Source of the DNA: an uncultured Oscillospiraceae bacterium
Lineage (GTDB): Bacteria > Bacillota > Clostridia > Oscillospirales > Oscillospiraceae
Direction of reading: 5' to 3'
Assembly (NCBI GenBank): GCA_934597175.1
Contig: CAKTQR010000003.1
Span: 7,570 to 71,569 of the forward strand
Length of the DNA stretch: 64,000 nucleotides
A program made the position numbers and the translations under genes. Each line of letters begins with the position of its first letter. Within the stretch, counting starts at the first letter, position 1. Below are positions 41,511-51,931 of this stretch, piece by piece. Below the pieces are notes generated by a model, which worked only from the letters and a program-made list of their open reading frames with translations, searched no databases and had not been told where the DNA came from.

Positions 41511-42485
41511 TTACTGATCGCTGCTCTCTTTTTCTTCGGGTAGTTGCCAATACCACATACTGCCTTCCTTAACAGATCGCACACGCAGAGTTTTCTTTGC
41601 TTCATCGAGCACTCGTTTGGAGATATCTAAACTCTGCGCCTTTTGCAGCAAGGTCTGTTGCGGGTACTTCCCGCCGGATAGGTAGTCAACGATAAGGCTT
41701 TCAGCCATATCGGATTTCTTCTCACGACTGATGCCGCTGAGAAGATCGTCGATGGAAATATCATAATGACCGAGCCATTTGAAGCCGTTGGCTTCACTCA
41801 GTTCAAATGCGATAGGTTTGCCTTCCGGTGCGAGGGAAGATTTTTGATGTGCCGCCACTCGTATCTCCGGTTTGTCCTTTACTCTGCCAACTACAAGGAC
41901 GCTTCTTGCTGTTGCTTGAAAGTCTATGGAACCAAGACCTCTATAATTGGATTTGTTACCCTGTGCCTTGTTTAAGTGTCCCACAAGTATAATCGCACAA
42001 CGGTATTTCTCAGCGATCCTGCCAAGCTGAGAGAGAATGGTACGGACTTCATTTGCTCGGTTCATATCTACCTTTGCGCCGATATAGGCTTGCATTGGAT
42101 CTAAAATCATTACCCTTGCACCTGTTTCTGCAATAGCTTTTTCTACTCTCTCGTCAAGCATCGTCAATGCTGCCTCAGATTCGTCGATCACCTTGATTTG
42201 TGAGCAGTCTGCATTACCGGCAAGAAGACGAGGCTTGATGGTATCCCCAAGCCCATCCTCTGCGGTTTGATATATTACCTTAATCGGCTCGCGCTCGGTG
42301 TCGTCGCAGGGTAGTTTTTCTCCCCTTGACAACAGAGCCGCTAATCTCAATATCAGTGTTGTTTTTCCTTCACCGCCGTCGCCGTGAATGATTGTCAACT
42401 TACCGTATGGGATATAGGGATACCACAGCCATTCCACTTCTTCGACGGGCACCTCATCCATACTGATGATTTTTAATTCCGCCAT
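41511..42485 (-). CDS. RepA-like AAA/RecA-fold ATPase (AAA_25 type) with C-terminal wHTH
   Basis: Walker A HGDGGEGKTTL, Walker B VMILDP. 324 aa. Confidence 0.7.
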   Translation of the reverse strand: MAELKIISMDEVPVEEVEWLWYPYIPYGKLTIIHGDGGEGKTTLILRLAALLSRGEKLPCDDTEREPIKVIYQTAEDGLGDTIKPRLLAGNADCSQIKVIDESEAALTMLDERVEKAIAETGARVMILDPMQAYIGAKVDMNRANEVRTILSQLGRIAEKYRCAIILVGHLNKAQGNKSNYRGLGSIDFQATARSVLVVGRVKDKPEIRVAAHQKSSLAPEGKPIAFELSEANGFKWLGHYDISIDDLLSGISREKKSDMAESLIVDYLSGGKYPQQTLLQKAQSLDISKRVLDEAKKTLRVRSVKEGSMWYWQLPEEKESSDQ

Positions 42486-42621
42486 AGGCGTTGCCTCCTT
42501 TCAATTTTTCTCAAAACTATTGAAATTGGAGGAGTCATAGGTTATAATACTTGCAGTACATTTTTGAGAAGACTGTTCCGTATCTGCGCCAACAGATACA
42601 TTGAGAACAGTCTTTTCGGTT

Positions 42622-42954
42622 TTATATGCCATCCTTTTGCTCCTTCATTCCATATAGCGTGGTGTTAATCTGCTCAATACGGTCGAGCAAGTCATCGTGA
42701 ACTCCTGCGCCGGCTTCGATGCGTTTAAGTTCATCGAGGACGGCGGTAAGCTCGTTTCGCAGGGCCTTATAGACTCTCGGATTGCCGACAACCGTTATTT
42801 GCTGCTTCAGAGCACGGGCACAAAGATAATCCTGCTTTGTCAGTCCCGATATTCTGACATTACTGTCCAAAATAGCAGCCTCCTGCGGCGACATACGAAA
42901 AGCAATTGTTTTGCTCCTCCAACGGTTGTGACGGTCAAGATTTTTAGCGGACAT
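42622..42954 (-). CDS. MobC-like relaxosome accessory protein
   Basis: 110 aa from the ATG at 42954. KTIAFRMSPQEAAILDSNVRISGLTKQDYLCARAL is an RHH-like MobC pattern. 11-nt overlap with int. Confidence 0.6.
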   Translation of the reverse strand: MSAKNLDRHNRWRSKTIAFRMSPQEAAILDSNVRISGLTKQDYLCARALKQQITVVGNPRVYKALRNELTAVLDELKRIEAGAGVHDDLLDRIEQINTTLYGMKEQKDGI

Positions 42955-44032
42955 TTTCAATATCCATCCTTTCATATTCAAGTTTCTTTGCCATTTCCGT
43001 CTGCTTTGACGGGAATAGGTGTGCATAGCGATATGTGATCTCAATGCTTTCGTGACCGACACGGTCGGCAATTGCCACCGCAGAAAAGCCCATATCTATG
43101 AGCAGGGAAATATGGCTATGGCGCAAGTCGTGAATGCGGATACGCTTCACCCCTGCGGCTCTTGAGCCACGATCCATTTCTCGGTGCAGATAATTCTTTG
43201 AAATGGGGAATATACGGTCTTTCTTTTTGTAGCCGTACAGCATACCGATATAATCCTGCATTTCCTCACAGAGAAACTGCGGCATTTTAATTGTGCGGTT
43301 GCTTTTCCTTGTTTTCGGTGTGGTAATGACATCTTCGCCGTGCAAACGCTGATAAGATTTGCTGATTGTAACAGTACCTTTTTTAAAGTCGAAGTCCCCC
43401 GCAGTCAGAGCGAGTAACTCGCCCTCACGAATGCCACACCAGTAAAGCATTTCAAATGCGTAGTATGATACGGGCTTGTCCATCATTTCATCGGCAAACT
43501 TCTTGTACTCTTCTTTCGTCCAAAACTTCATTTCCTTGCGTTCCTCTGTGCCCATATTCCCGGCTTTTGCGGCGGGATTGGAACGAAGGTCATAATGTCT
43601 TACAGCGTGGTTAAAGATGGCACTAAGCTGATTGTGGACGGTTTTGAGATAGGTCTGTGAATACGGCTTCTTCTTTTCATCACGAAAAGCGAGCAGTTCA
43701 TTCTGCCAAGCGATTACATCCTTTGTGGTGATCTCACTGACATTTTTCTTTTCAAAATAGGGTAAAATCTTGGTTTCAATGATATGCTTTTTGGTCAGCC
43801 AAGTGTTTTCTTTTAAGCGGGGTTTTATGTCCTTTATATAAAGCTCAACAAAGGCGGAAAAGTTCATATCCATATCGGCAGCACTTTGCTGCTTAAATAC
43901 TCGCTCCCACTCCTGCGCCTCTCGTTTGGTTTCAAAGCCTCGCTTGCATTTCTGTTTGCGCTCGCCTTTCCAATCTACATATCGTGTTAAAACATACCAA
44001 GTGCCGTTATCTTCATTTTTATAAACAGGCAT
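42944..44032 (-). CDS. int: tyrosine integrase (Tn916-type, AP2-like N-terminal arm-binding domain)
   Basis: N-terminus YKNEDNGTWYVLTRYVDWKGERKQKCKRGFETKREAQEWE. Catalytic R...HDLRHSH...Y (ITYRYAHL). Overlaps xis by 14 nt. Confidence 0.9.
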   Translation of the reverse strand: MPVYKNEDNGTWYVLTRYVDWKGERKQKCKRGFETKREAQEWERVFKQQSAADMDMNFSAFVELYIKDIKPRLKENTWLTKKHIIETKILPYFEKKNVSEITTKDVIAWQNELLAFRDEKKKPYSQTYLKTVHNQLSAIFNHAVRHYDLRSNPAAKAGNMGTEERKEMKFWTKEEYKKFADEMMDKPVSYYAFEMLYWCGIREGELLALTAGDFDFKKGTVTISKSYQRLHGEDVITTPKTRKSNRTIKMPQFLCEEMQDYIGMLYGYKKKDRIFPISKNYLHREMDRGSRAAGVKRIRIHDLRHSHISLLIDMGFSAVAIADRVGHESIEITYRYAHLFPSKQTEMAKKLEYERMDIENVR

Positions 44033-44219
44033 TTTTGTTCTCCTTTCTGGCTTGGTACAGCCTTTCATTAAAATACTCTCTGTTGACTCTTCCCGAGATG
44101 GTAATAAAGCCTTTACGCTTTAGTTCCTCATTCAGCTCTCGTATGACTTTGTAGGCATACGAGGTTGAAACATCGAGAATCTCAGCGACTTCTTCCACTC
44201 GCATAAACTGTTGTCCCAT
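44019..44219 (-). CDS. xis: excisionase-type HTH protein
   Basis: 66 aa. MRVEEVAEILDVSTSYAYKVIRELNEELKRKGFITISGRV is HTH_17/Xis-like. GGAGG lies 7 nt upstream. Confidence 0.8.
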   Translation of the reverse strand: MGQQFMRVEEVAEILDVSTSYAYKVIRELNEELKRKGFITISGRVNREYFNERLYQARKENKNACL

Positions 44220-44473
44220 AAGTTTCCTCCTTTCTTCGGTTAGTATAATGGGGTGCCGTTCTACCCAAGTGCCGTTCCTACCCCTGCTTTTTCAGCGGCG
44301 TTGTCTCGCTCGCTCCGTCGCCACTCGGAGGTCTTGGCAAAATCATATCCCACTTAGACGGTCATTCATTTTTACTAAGCGCATATGCTTAGTCTTATAT
44401 CATTATACTAAGCATATTTGCTTTTGTCAAGTGGTTTGCGAGAAAATACTAAACTTTTTTGTTTGGAATCTTC

Positions 44474-44502
44474 TTGACAGCACTAAACATTTCTGCTATA
44501 CT
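44474..44502 (+). promoter_or_regulatory. sigma-A promoter of the XRE regulator
   Basis: TTGACA, 17 nt, then TATACT. The palindrome ACTAAGC-gcatat-GCTTAGT (44374-44393) and a half-site repeat lie upstream. Confidence 0.6.
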
Positions 44503-44532
44503 ATGTACGAACACTTGAAAAGAGGTGCTTTT

Positions 44533-45063
44533 ATGGCTATTAGCGAAAGAATTCACTTTTTCCGCAATCTACGTGGAATGACACAAAAATATCTCGGATT
44601 ACAGCTCGGTTTTCCCAATAAATCTGCTGATGTTCGTATGGCACAGTATGAAACAGGTTCCCGTACTCCAAAAGCAGATATTACTGCAGCGTTGGCACAA
44701 GTTTTGGATGTAGCACCTGAAGCGTTGAATGTGCCCGATATTGACAGTTACATAGGTCTGATGCACACGCTGTTTGCCCTTGAGGACATTTACGGCATTA
44801 CCGTCAGCGAAGCAGACGGGGAAGTGTGTCTTAAAGTCAACTCTGAGAAGGGGAAGGATGCCGCAGAAATTATTCGTATGCTTACCGCTTGGAAAGAGCA
44901 AAAAGCCAAACTCGATGCATGTGAGATTGATAAAGATACCTACGACCAATGGCGTTACCACTATCCTAAGTTCGACACGACGGGCGGTTGGGTAAAGGCT
45001 CCTTCGGAGGAACTGAACGATATAATGTTAGACACCTTCAAAGATCGCCTGAAACCCGACTAA
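44533..45063 (+). CDS. XRE-family HTH regulator
   Basis: 176 aa from the ATG at 44533. FFRNLRGMTQKYLGLQLGF...RMAQYETGSRTPKADITAALAQVLDV. Confidence 0.8.
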   Translation: MAISERIHFFRNLRGMTQKYLGLQLGFPNKSADVRMAQYETGSRTPKADITAALAQVLDVAPEALNVPDIDSYIGLMHTLFALEDIYGITVSEADGEVCLKVNSEKGKDAAEIIRMLTAWKEQKAKLDACEIDKDTYDQWRYHYPKFDTTGGWVKAPSEELNDIMLDTFKDRLKPD

Positions 45064-45076
45064 GAAAAAAGACGAC

Positions 45077-45122
45077 AAAAAGCCCTTAACTGCGGTACAA
45101 ATCCACAGTTAAGGGCTTTTTA
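45077..45122 (+). terminator. terminator of the XRE gene
   Basis: AAAAGCCCTTAACTG-loop-CAGTTAAGGGCTTTTT. Confidence 0.75.
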
Positions 45123-45300
45123 ATCGTATAATACAGATTTATTTCTTGGTAACAGCCATTTGAGAATTATTCTGATAACCTACAAGCCACTTGGGGTATA
45201 GAATAATAGTCACTTCAAGGGATGTTATCAAATCGTTATCAAAAGGGGTGGGCAAAGTCCGAAAAGCCTTGATATTACTGGGTTTTTAGACTTTCTGGGA

Positions 45301-45316
45301 TTATTCCCACTCGACG
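45301..45316. repeat. attR core (direct repeat) = last codons of guaA
   Basis: TTATTCCCACTCGACG. The reverse complement encodes ..VEWE and the stop. Confidence 0.85.
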
Positions 45317-46830
45317 GTGGCGGGGGGTTTGCTGGTGATGTCGTAGACGACACGGGTGACATTGGGCACTTCGTTTGTGATGCGGTTGGACGCTTTCGAG
45401 AGCATGTCATATGGCAGGCGTGACCAGTCTGCGGTCATGAAGTCGTCGGTGGTGACGGCTCTGAGGACTATCGTTCCGCCGTAAGTTCTCGCATCGCCCA
45501 TGACGCCGACGCTCAGGCTGCTGTCCAAGACGGCGAAGAACTGGCTCGTCACGGCGTCGAGACCGAAGTTTTTCATCTCCTCACGGAAGATGAAGTCGGC
45601 TTTCTGCACGGTGGCGATCTTCTCCCGGGTTATCTCGCCGAGGATGCGGATGGCAAGGCCCGGACCGGGGAACGGCTGGCGGGACACGAGATACTCGGGC
45701 AGGCCGAGCTCACGGCCGAGCTGGCGCACCTCGTCCTTAAACAGCATGCGCAGCGGCTCGATTATCTCCTTGAAATCGACAAAATCGGGCAGACCGCCGA
45801 CATTGTGGTGGCTCTTTATGGTTGCCGAAGCGCCGAGGCCGGACTCGATGATGTCGGGGTATATCGTGCCCTGTGCGAGGTAGTCGACAGAGCCTATCTT
45901 CTTGCTTTCTTCCTCGAAAACACGGATGAACTCCTCGCCTATTATCTTGCGCTTGCGCTCGGGCTCGGTAACGCCCGTAAGCTTGTTAAGAAATCTATCG
46001 GCAGCGTCGACACGGACAAAATTGATGTTCCACTTTGAAAACGCCTGCTCGACCTCGTCGCCCTCGTTAAGGCGCATAAGGCCGTGGTCGACGAACACGC
46101 ATGTGAGCTGGCTGCCAACGGCTTCGGCGAGCAGCGCTGCGCACACGGAGGAGTCCACGCCGCCGGAGAGGGCGAGCAGCACCTTGCCGTCGCCTATCTT
46201 CTCACGAAGCTCGGCGATCGCCGTTTTGCAGTAGCTGTCCATGTGCCAATCGCCTGCACACTTGCAGACCTTGAACAGGAAGTTGTGCAGTATCTGCGCA
46301 CCGAACTCGGTGTGCGTCACCTCGGGGTGGAACTGGACGCCGTAGAGCCTGCGCTCATCGTCGCACATTGCGGCGCACGGGCAGCTATCGGTCGTAGCGG
46401 TTATTGAAAAGCCCTCGGGCGGGGTCTTTATATAATCGGTGTGGCTCATCCAGCAGACGCTGTCTGCGGGCACGCCGTCAAACAGCACACTTTTTTGCGT
46501 GTGGAGCGTTACCTTGCCGTACTCGCTGATGCTTCCGGCGGAGCAAATTTCGCCGTTTCCCATCCACGCCATGAGCTGGCAGCCGTAGCAGATGCCCAGC
46601 ACGGGGATGCCGGCTGAAAGTATCGCCGGGTCAAAGTGCGGCGAGTGCTCGTCGTACACGCTGTTCGGGCCGCCGGTAAAGATTATGCCGGTGTAGCCTG
46701 CAGCTTTTATCTCGTCAAGGGTGATGCCGTTGTAGCCCTTGACCTCTGCGAAAATTTTGTGCTCGCGCACTCTGCGGGCGATAAGCTGATTGTACTGCCC
46801 GCCGAAATCCAGTACCAGAATTTTGTCCAT
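45301..46830 (-). CDS. guaA: GMP synthase (glutamine-hydrolysing)
   Basis: 509 aa. GATase (GICYGCQLM), the [10 protein letters not shown]-loop, and the C-terminal dimerisation domain ending VEWE. Confidence 0.95.
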   Translation of the reverse strand: MDKILVLDFGGQYNQLIARRVREHKIFAEVKGYNGITLDEIKAAGYTGIIFTGGPNSVYDEHSPHFDPAILSAGIPVLGICYGCQLMAWMGNGEICSAGSISEYGKVTLHTQKSVLFDGVPADSVCWMSHTDYIKTPPEGFSITATTDSCPCAAMCDDERRLYGVQFHPEVTHTEFGAQILHNFLFKVCKCAGDWHMDSYCKTAIAELREKIGDGKVLLALSGGVDSSVCAALLAEAVGSQLTCVFVDHGLMRLNEGDEVEQAFSKWNINFVRVDAADRFLNKLTGVTEPERKRKIIGEEFIRVFEEESKKIGSVDYLAQGTIYPDIIESGLGASATIKSHHNVGGLPDFVDFKEIIEPLRMLFKDEVRQLGRELGLPEYLVSRQPFPGPGLAIRILGEITREKIATVQKADFIFREEMKNFGLDAVTSQFFAVLDSSLSVGVMGDARTYGGTIVLRAVTTDDFMTADWSRLPYDMLSKASNRITNEVPNVTRVVYDITSKPPATVEWE

Positions 46831-46844
46831 TTAAATACCTGCCG

Positions 46845-48260
46845 TCAATAAGAAATAACTATATTATGCGCCTTGTTATCGCCGATTTCAAGTCGAATTT
46901 TTTCGACAAGTCTCGACACCTGCTCGGGGCAGCGGCCGATGTAGAGCTCGGGGTTTAAAACATCCCTAATTTCGCCCGCCGTCATGCCGAAAGCGCCGGT
47001 GTCGGCAAGGCGCTCGGGCAGGTCGCACTCGCCGCCGTTTTTCATTTTCTGCGATGCTTCCATCGAGCAGACACGGATAATTTCGTGCAGCTTCTGACGG
47101 TCGCCGCCACGCTTCACGCCCTCCATGAGGATGTTTTCGGTCGCAAAAAACGGCATGTATTCGTTAAGTGCTTTTTCTATAATCTTCTCATTGACCCTGA
47201 GGCCGGACACGACATTCACCACCAGCCGCAGCACCGCATCGGCACACAAAAACGCCTCGGGCATAGAGATGCGGCGGTTTGCCGAATCGTCAAGGCTGCG
47301 CTCGAGCCACTGCACCGACGCTGTCATGGCGGCGTTGGAGACATCGGCCATGAGGTAGCGGGACAGCGAGCAAATGCGCTCGCAGCGCATGGGGTTGCGC
47401 TTGTACGCCATCGCCGACGAGCCTATCTGCGACGAGCCGAACGGCTCTTCAAGCTGCCAGTCGTGCTGCAAAAGGCGAATGTCGTTTGCCATGCGGTAGC
47501 TGCTCTGGGCGATTGCCCCGAGGGTGTTCAGTATCCTGCTGTCGAGCTTGCGGGGGTAGGTCTGCCCGCAGACATCAAAGCACTCTTTAAAGCCGAAGCG
47601 CCCGGCAAGGCGGCGATTCATCTCGTCAATTTTCCCGCCGTCATTGTCAAACAGCTCCATGAAGCTTGCCTCCGTGCCGGTAGTGCCACGGCAGCCGAGG
47701 AATTTTAAGTTTTCAATCACAAAATCGAGCTCTTTTAAATCGCCGTAAAAGTCCTGAAGCCACAGGGCGGCACGCTTGCCGACGGTCACGGGCTGGGCGG
47801 GCTGATAATGCGTGTAGCCGACGGTGGGCAGTGCCTTGTAGTGCTCGGCAAAGCCGCACAGTGCGGCGATGGCGTCGACAAGACCCTTGCGCAGGTAGAC
47901 AAGTCCGTCACGGTAGAGGACGAGGTCAGCGTTATCGGTGACATAGCAGCTCGTTGCGCCGAGGTGGATGATGCCCGCAGCGTCGGGCGCTGCCTTGCCG
48001 TAGGCGTAGATGTGCGCCATGACATCATGGCGCACTTCACGCTCCCTTGCGGAAACGATATCATAATCGATATCATCGATATGTGCTTCAAGCTCCTTGA
48101 CCTGCTGCTCGGTCACCGGCAGTCCCAGCTCATGCTCGCAGCGAGCAAGCTCCGTCCACAGCCTGCGCCATGTGCGGTAGCGCATGTCGGGCGAAAACAG
48201 ATGCTTCATGTAGTCGGAGGCATAGCGGGAGCAAAGCGGCGATTCGTAAGTGTCCTTCAT
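46845..48260 (-). CDS. purB: adenylosuccinate lyase
   Basis: 471 aa from the ATG at 48260. YESPLCSRYAS...GSSAMAYKRNPMRCE is the fumarate-lyase signature. Confidence 0.9.
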   Translation of the reverse strand: MKDTYESPLCSRYASDYMKHLFSPDMRYRTWRRLWTELARCEHELGLPVTEQQVKELEAHIDDIDYDIVSAREREVRHDVMAHIYAYGKAAPDAAGIIHLGATSCYVTDNADLVLYRDGLVYLRKGLVDAIAALCGFAEHYKALPTVGYTHYQPAQPVTVGKRAALWLQDFYGDLKELDFVIENLKFLGCRGTTGTEASFMELFDNDGGKIDEMNRRLAGRFGFKECFDVCGQTYPRKLDSRILNTLGAIAQSSYRMANDIRLLQHDWQLEEPFGSSQIGSSAMAYKRNPMRCERICSLSRYLMADVSNAAMTASVQWLERSLDDSANRRISMPEAFLCADAVLRLVVNVVSGLRVNEKIIEKALNEYMPFFATENILMEGVKRGGDRQKLHEIIRVCSMEASQKMKNGGECDLPERLADTGAFGMTAGEIRDVLNPELYIGRCPEQVSRLVEKIRLEIGDNKAHNIVISY

Positions 48261-48270
48261 TTTTATCCTT

Positions 48271-49545
48271 TCAGCGCACGATGCAGGCGTCACGCTCTGC
48301 GCCGACCGAGACATATTTTATCTTGCAGCCGACGGCTTGCTCGATAAACTCAACATACTTCTTAGCGTTCTCGGGCAGCTCGTCCCATGTGCGCACGGCA
48401 GAAATGTCGCAGCCCCAGCCGGCGAGATACTCGACATGCGGCTTGGCGTGCGCCAGCGCCGACGGGAACGGGAAGGACTGCGTGAGCTTGCCGTCCAATT
48501 CGTAAGCGGTGACGACGGGAAGCTTCTCCATATAGCTTAACACATCAAGCTTGGTAAGCGCAATAGCCGTTGCGTTCTGGAGGCGAACGCCGTAGGCTGT
48601 GGCGACGAGATCGACCGGGCCGACACGGCGGGGTCTGCCGGTCTTTGCGCCGTATTCGAAGCCCGCCTCACGCAGCTTCTCGGCTTCCTCGCCAAACCAC
48701 TCGCACACGAACGGGCCTTCGCCGACACAGCTGGAGTAAGCCTTCACAACACCCACGACCTCGTCTATCTTCGCACCCGGGAAGCCCGAGCCCACGGGGG
48801 CAAAGGCGGCAAGTGTGTTTGACGAGGTGGTGTAGGGGTAGATGCCGAAGTCGAGGTCACGCAGTGCGCCGAGCTGAGCCTCGAACAAAATGCTCTTGCC
48901 CGCAGCCTGCGCATCGTGAAGATATGCGCCGGTATCCCGGATAAAGGGCTTTATCCGCTCGCCGTAGCGCTCTACCCACGCCCAAAGCTCGTCCATCGTG
49001 ACGGGCTGCGCACCGTAGACATTCACGAGCGTGAGGTTTTTCCACTCGAGAAGATCACTAAGCTGCGCCTTGAGGTACTCCGGGTGCATGAGGTCGCCCG
49101 CCATGACGGTCTTTTTCTGATATTTATCGGAGTAAAACGGGGCAATGCCCTGCTTGGTCGAGCCGTACTTTTTGTTTGCAAGGCGCTTTTCCTCCAGCTC
49201 GTCAAGCATTCTGTGCCACGGCAGGAGCAGGGACGCTCTGTCGCTTATCATGAGGTTATCCGGCGTTATCTTAACGCCCTTGGCCGCAAGATCGTCTATC
49301 TCGCTGCAAAGATTTTCGCAGTCGAGCGCAACGCCGTTGCCGAGCACATTCATAACGCCCTTGCGGAACACGCCCGACGGCAGCAGATGCAGTGCAAACT
49401 TGCCGAACTCGTTGACGACGGTGTGGCCTGCGTTGCCGCCGCCCTGAAATCTCACGACGATATCATAGTTTTCCGTGAGCAGGTCGACCATGCGGCCCTT
49501 GCCCTCGTCGCCCCAGTTGATGCCTACAATTGCACAGTTTGACAT
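48271..49545 (-). CDS. purA: adenylosuccinate synthase
   Basis: N-terminus VGINWGDEGKGRMVDLL (P-loop QWGDEGKGK type) and GTTKQGIAPFYSDK-like. 424 aa. Confidence 0.95.
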   Translation of the reverse strand: MSNCAIVGINWGDEGKGRMVDLLTENYDIVVRFQGGGNAGHTVVNEFGKFALHLLPSGVFRKGVMNVLGNGVALDCENLCSEIDDLAAKGVKITPDNLMISDRASLLLPWHRMLDELEEKRLANKKYGSTKQGIAPFYSDKYQKKTVMAGDLMHPEYLKAQLSDLLEWKNLTLVNVYGAQPVTMDELWAWVERYGERIKPFIRDTGAYLHDAQAAGKSILFEAQLGALRDLDFGIYPYTTSSNTLAAFAPVGSGFPGAKIDEVVGVVKAYSSCVGEGPFVCEWFGEEAEKLREAGFEYGAKTGRPRRVGPVDLVATAYGVRLQNATAIALTKLDVLSYMEKLPVVTAYELDGKLTQSFPFPSALAHAKPHVEYLAGWGCDISAVRTWDELPENAKKYVEFIEQAVGCKIKYVSVGAERDACIVR

Positions 49546-49563
49546 TTCTATACCCTCTTAATT

Positions 49564-50292
49564 TTAATCTTGATACACGGCGATGCCGCTTCTTTTATGC
49601 TCGCTTCTTGCGTGGAAGCGCTCGATTATCGCCTTGTCCTCGGCGCTCGCCTCGCCCGTCATAATAAACTTATCCACGGCGGCATAGGTCACGCCCATCT
49701 CGCCCTCGTCGGTCTGACCGTCAAACAGGCCTGCCGACGGCGCTTTGTCGATGATGCACTGCGGTGCGTCCAAAAAGCGCAGAAACTCGTAAATTTCCGT
49801 CACGGTGAGGTCTGCGATGGGGTTAAAGTCATGAGCACCGTCGCCCCACTTTGTGAAATACCCCATGTACGCCTCGGACTTGTTGCCCGTTCCGGCAACG
49901 AGACGGCCCTCGCTTGCGGCGATGGCATAAAGCGTTGCCATGCGCAGGCGGGGTGCGATGTTCGCCAGGGCAGCGTCCGTGAGCTTCGTCGCAGCGCCGA
50001 GGGAGGCGATCTCCGCTTCACGAACGGGCGTGAGGTCAACGGTGCGGGTCTCGATGCCGTAGTGGTCGGCGACGGTCTTGCCGTCGACGGCGTCCAGCTC
50101 ATAATTGCGCTTCGAGCCGCAGGGCATGATGATGCCTACGGTGTTGTAGCAGGCGGTCTTGCACAGGATGCCGACAAGTGCCGAATCCTTGCCGCCGGAG
50201 TTGCCGTAGACGATGCCGGCAGCGCCGCTTTTCTTCATAAGATCTCTTATAAACTCTACTCTTTTTTCAAGCTCTTTTGCATAATCTCTCAT
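49564..50292 (-). CDS. nadE: NH3-dependent NAD+ synthetase
   Basis: SGGKDSALV PP-loop. 242 aa from the ATG at 50292 (the 50310 start is TTG). Confidence 0.85.
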   Translation of the reverse strand: MRDYAKELEKRVEFIRDLMKKSGAAGIVYGNSGGKDSALVGILCKTACYNTVGIIMPCGSKRNYELDAVDGKTVADHYGIETRTVDLTPVREAEIASLGAATKLTDAALANIAPRLRMATLYAIAASEGRLVAGTGNKSEAYMGYFTKWGDGAHDFNPIADLTVTEIYEFLRFLDAPQCIIDKAPSAGLFDGQTDEGEMGVTYAAVDKFIMTGEASAEDKAIIERFHARSEHKRSGIAVYQD

Positions 50293-50296
50293 ATTC

Positions 50297-51889
<1,593 letters not shown>

Positions 51890-51931
51890 TAATCCATTTC
51901 TCCAATCAATTAAGGTTCATTCTCTATCAAA

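Larger units (their letters stand above)
31845..45316. mobile_element. integrative mobilizable element (IME) inserted in the 3' end of guaA
   Basis: A 16-bp perfect direct repeat bounds it. It is AT-rich relative to the flanks. It carries int-xis, a MobV relaxase, MobC-like protein, RepA-like ATPase, TnpV and an XRE regulator, with no T4SS genes. Confidence 0.85.

Noticed and set aside
44248-44532. N-terminal 95-aa extension of the XRE regulator ORF
   Set aside because: The extension spans the promoter (TTGACA-17-TATACT) and operator palindromes. A good RBS and ATG at 44533 give a standard HTH N-terminus.
31845-45316. Island interpreted as a prophage or a full ICE
   Set aside because: There are no capsid, terminase, portal, tail or lysis genes, and no VirB4/VirD4/T4SS genes. 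A MobV relaxase plus integrase/xis fits an integrative mobilizable element.
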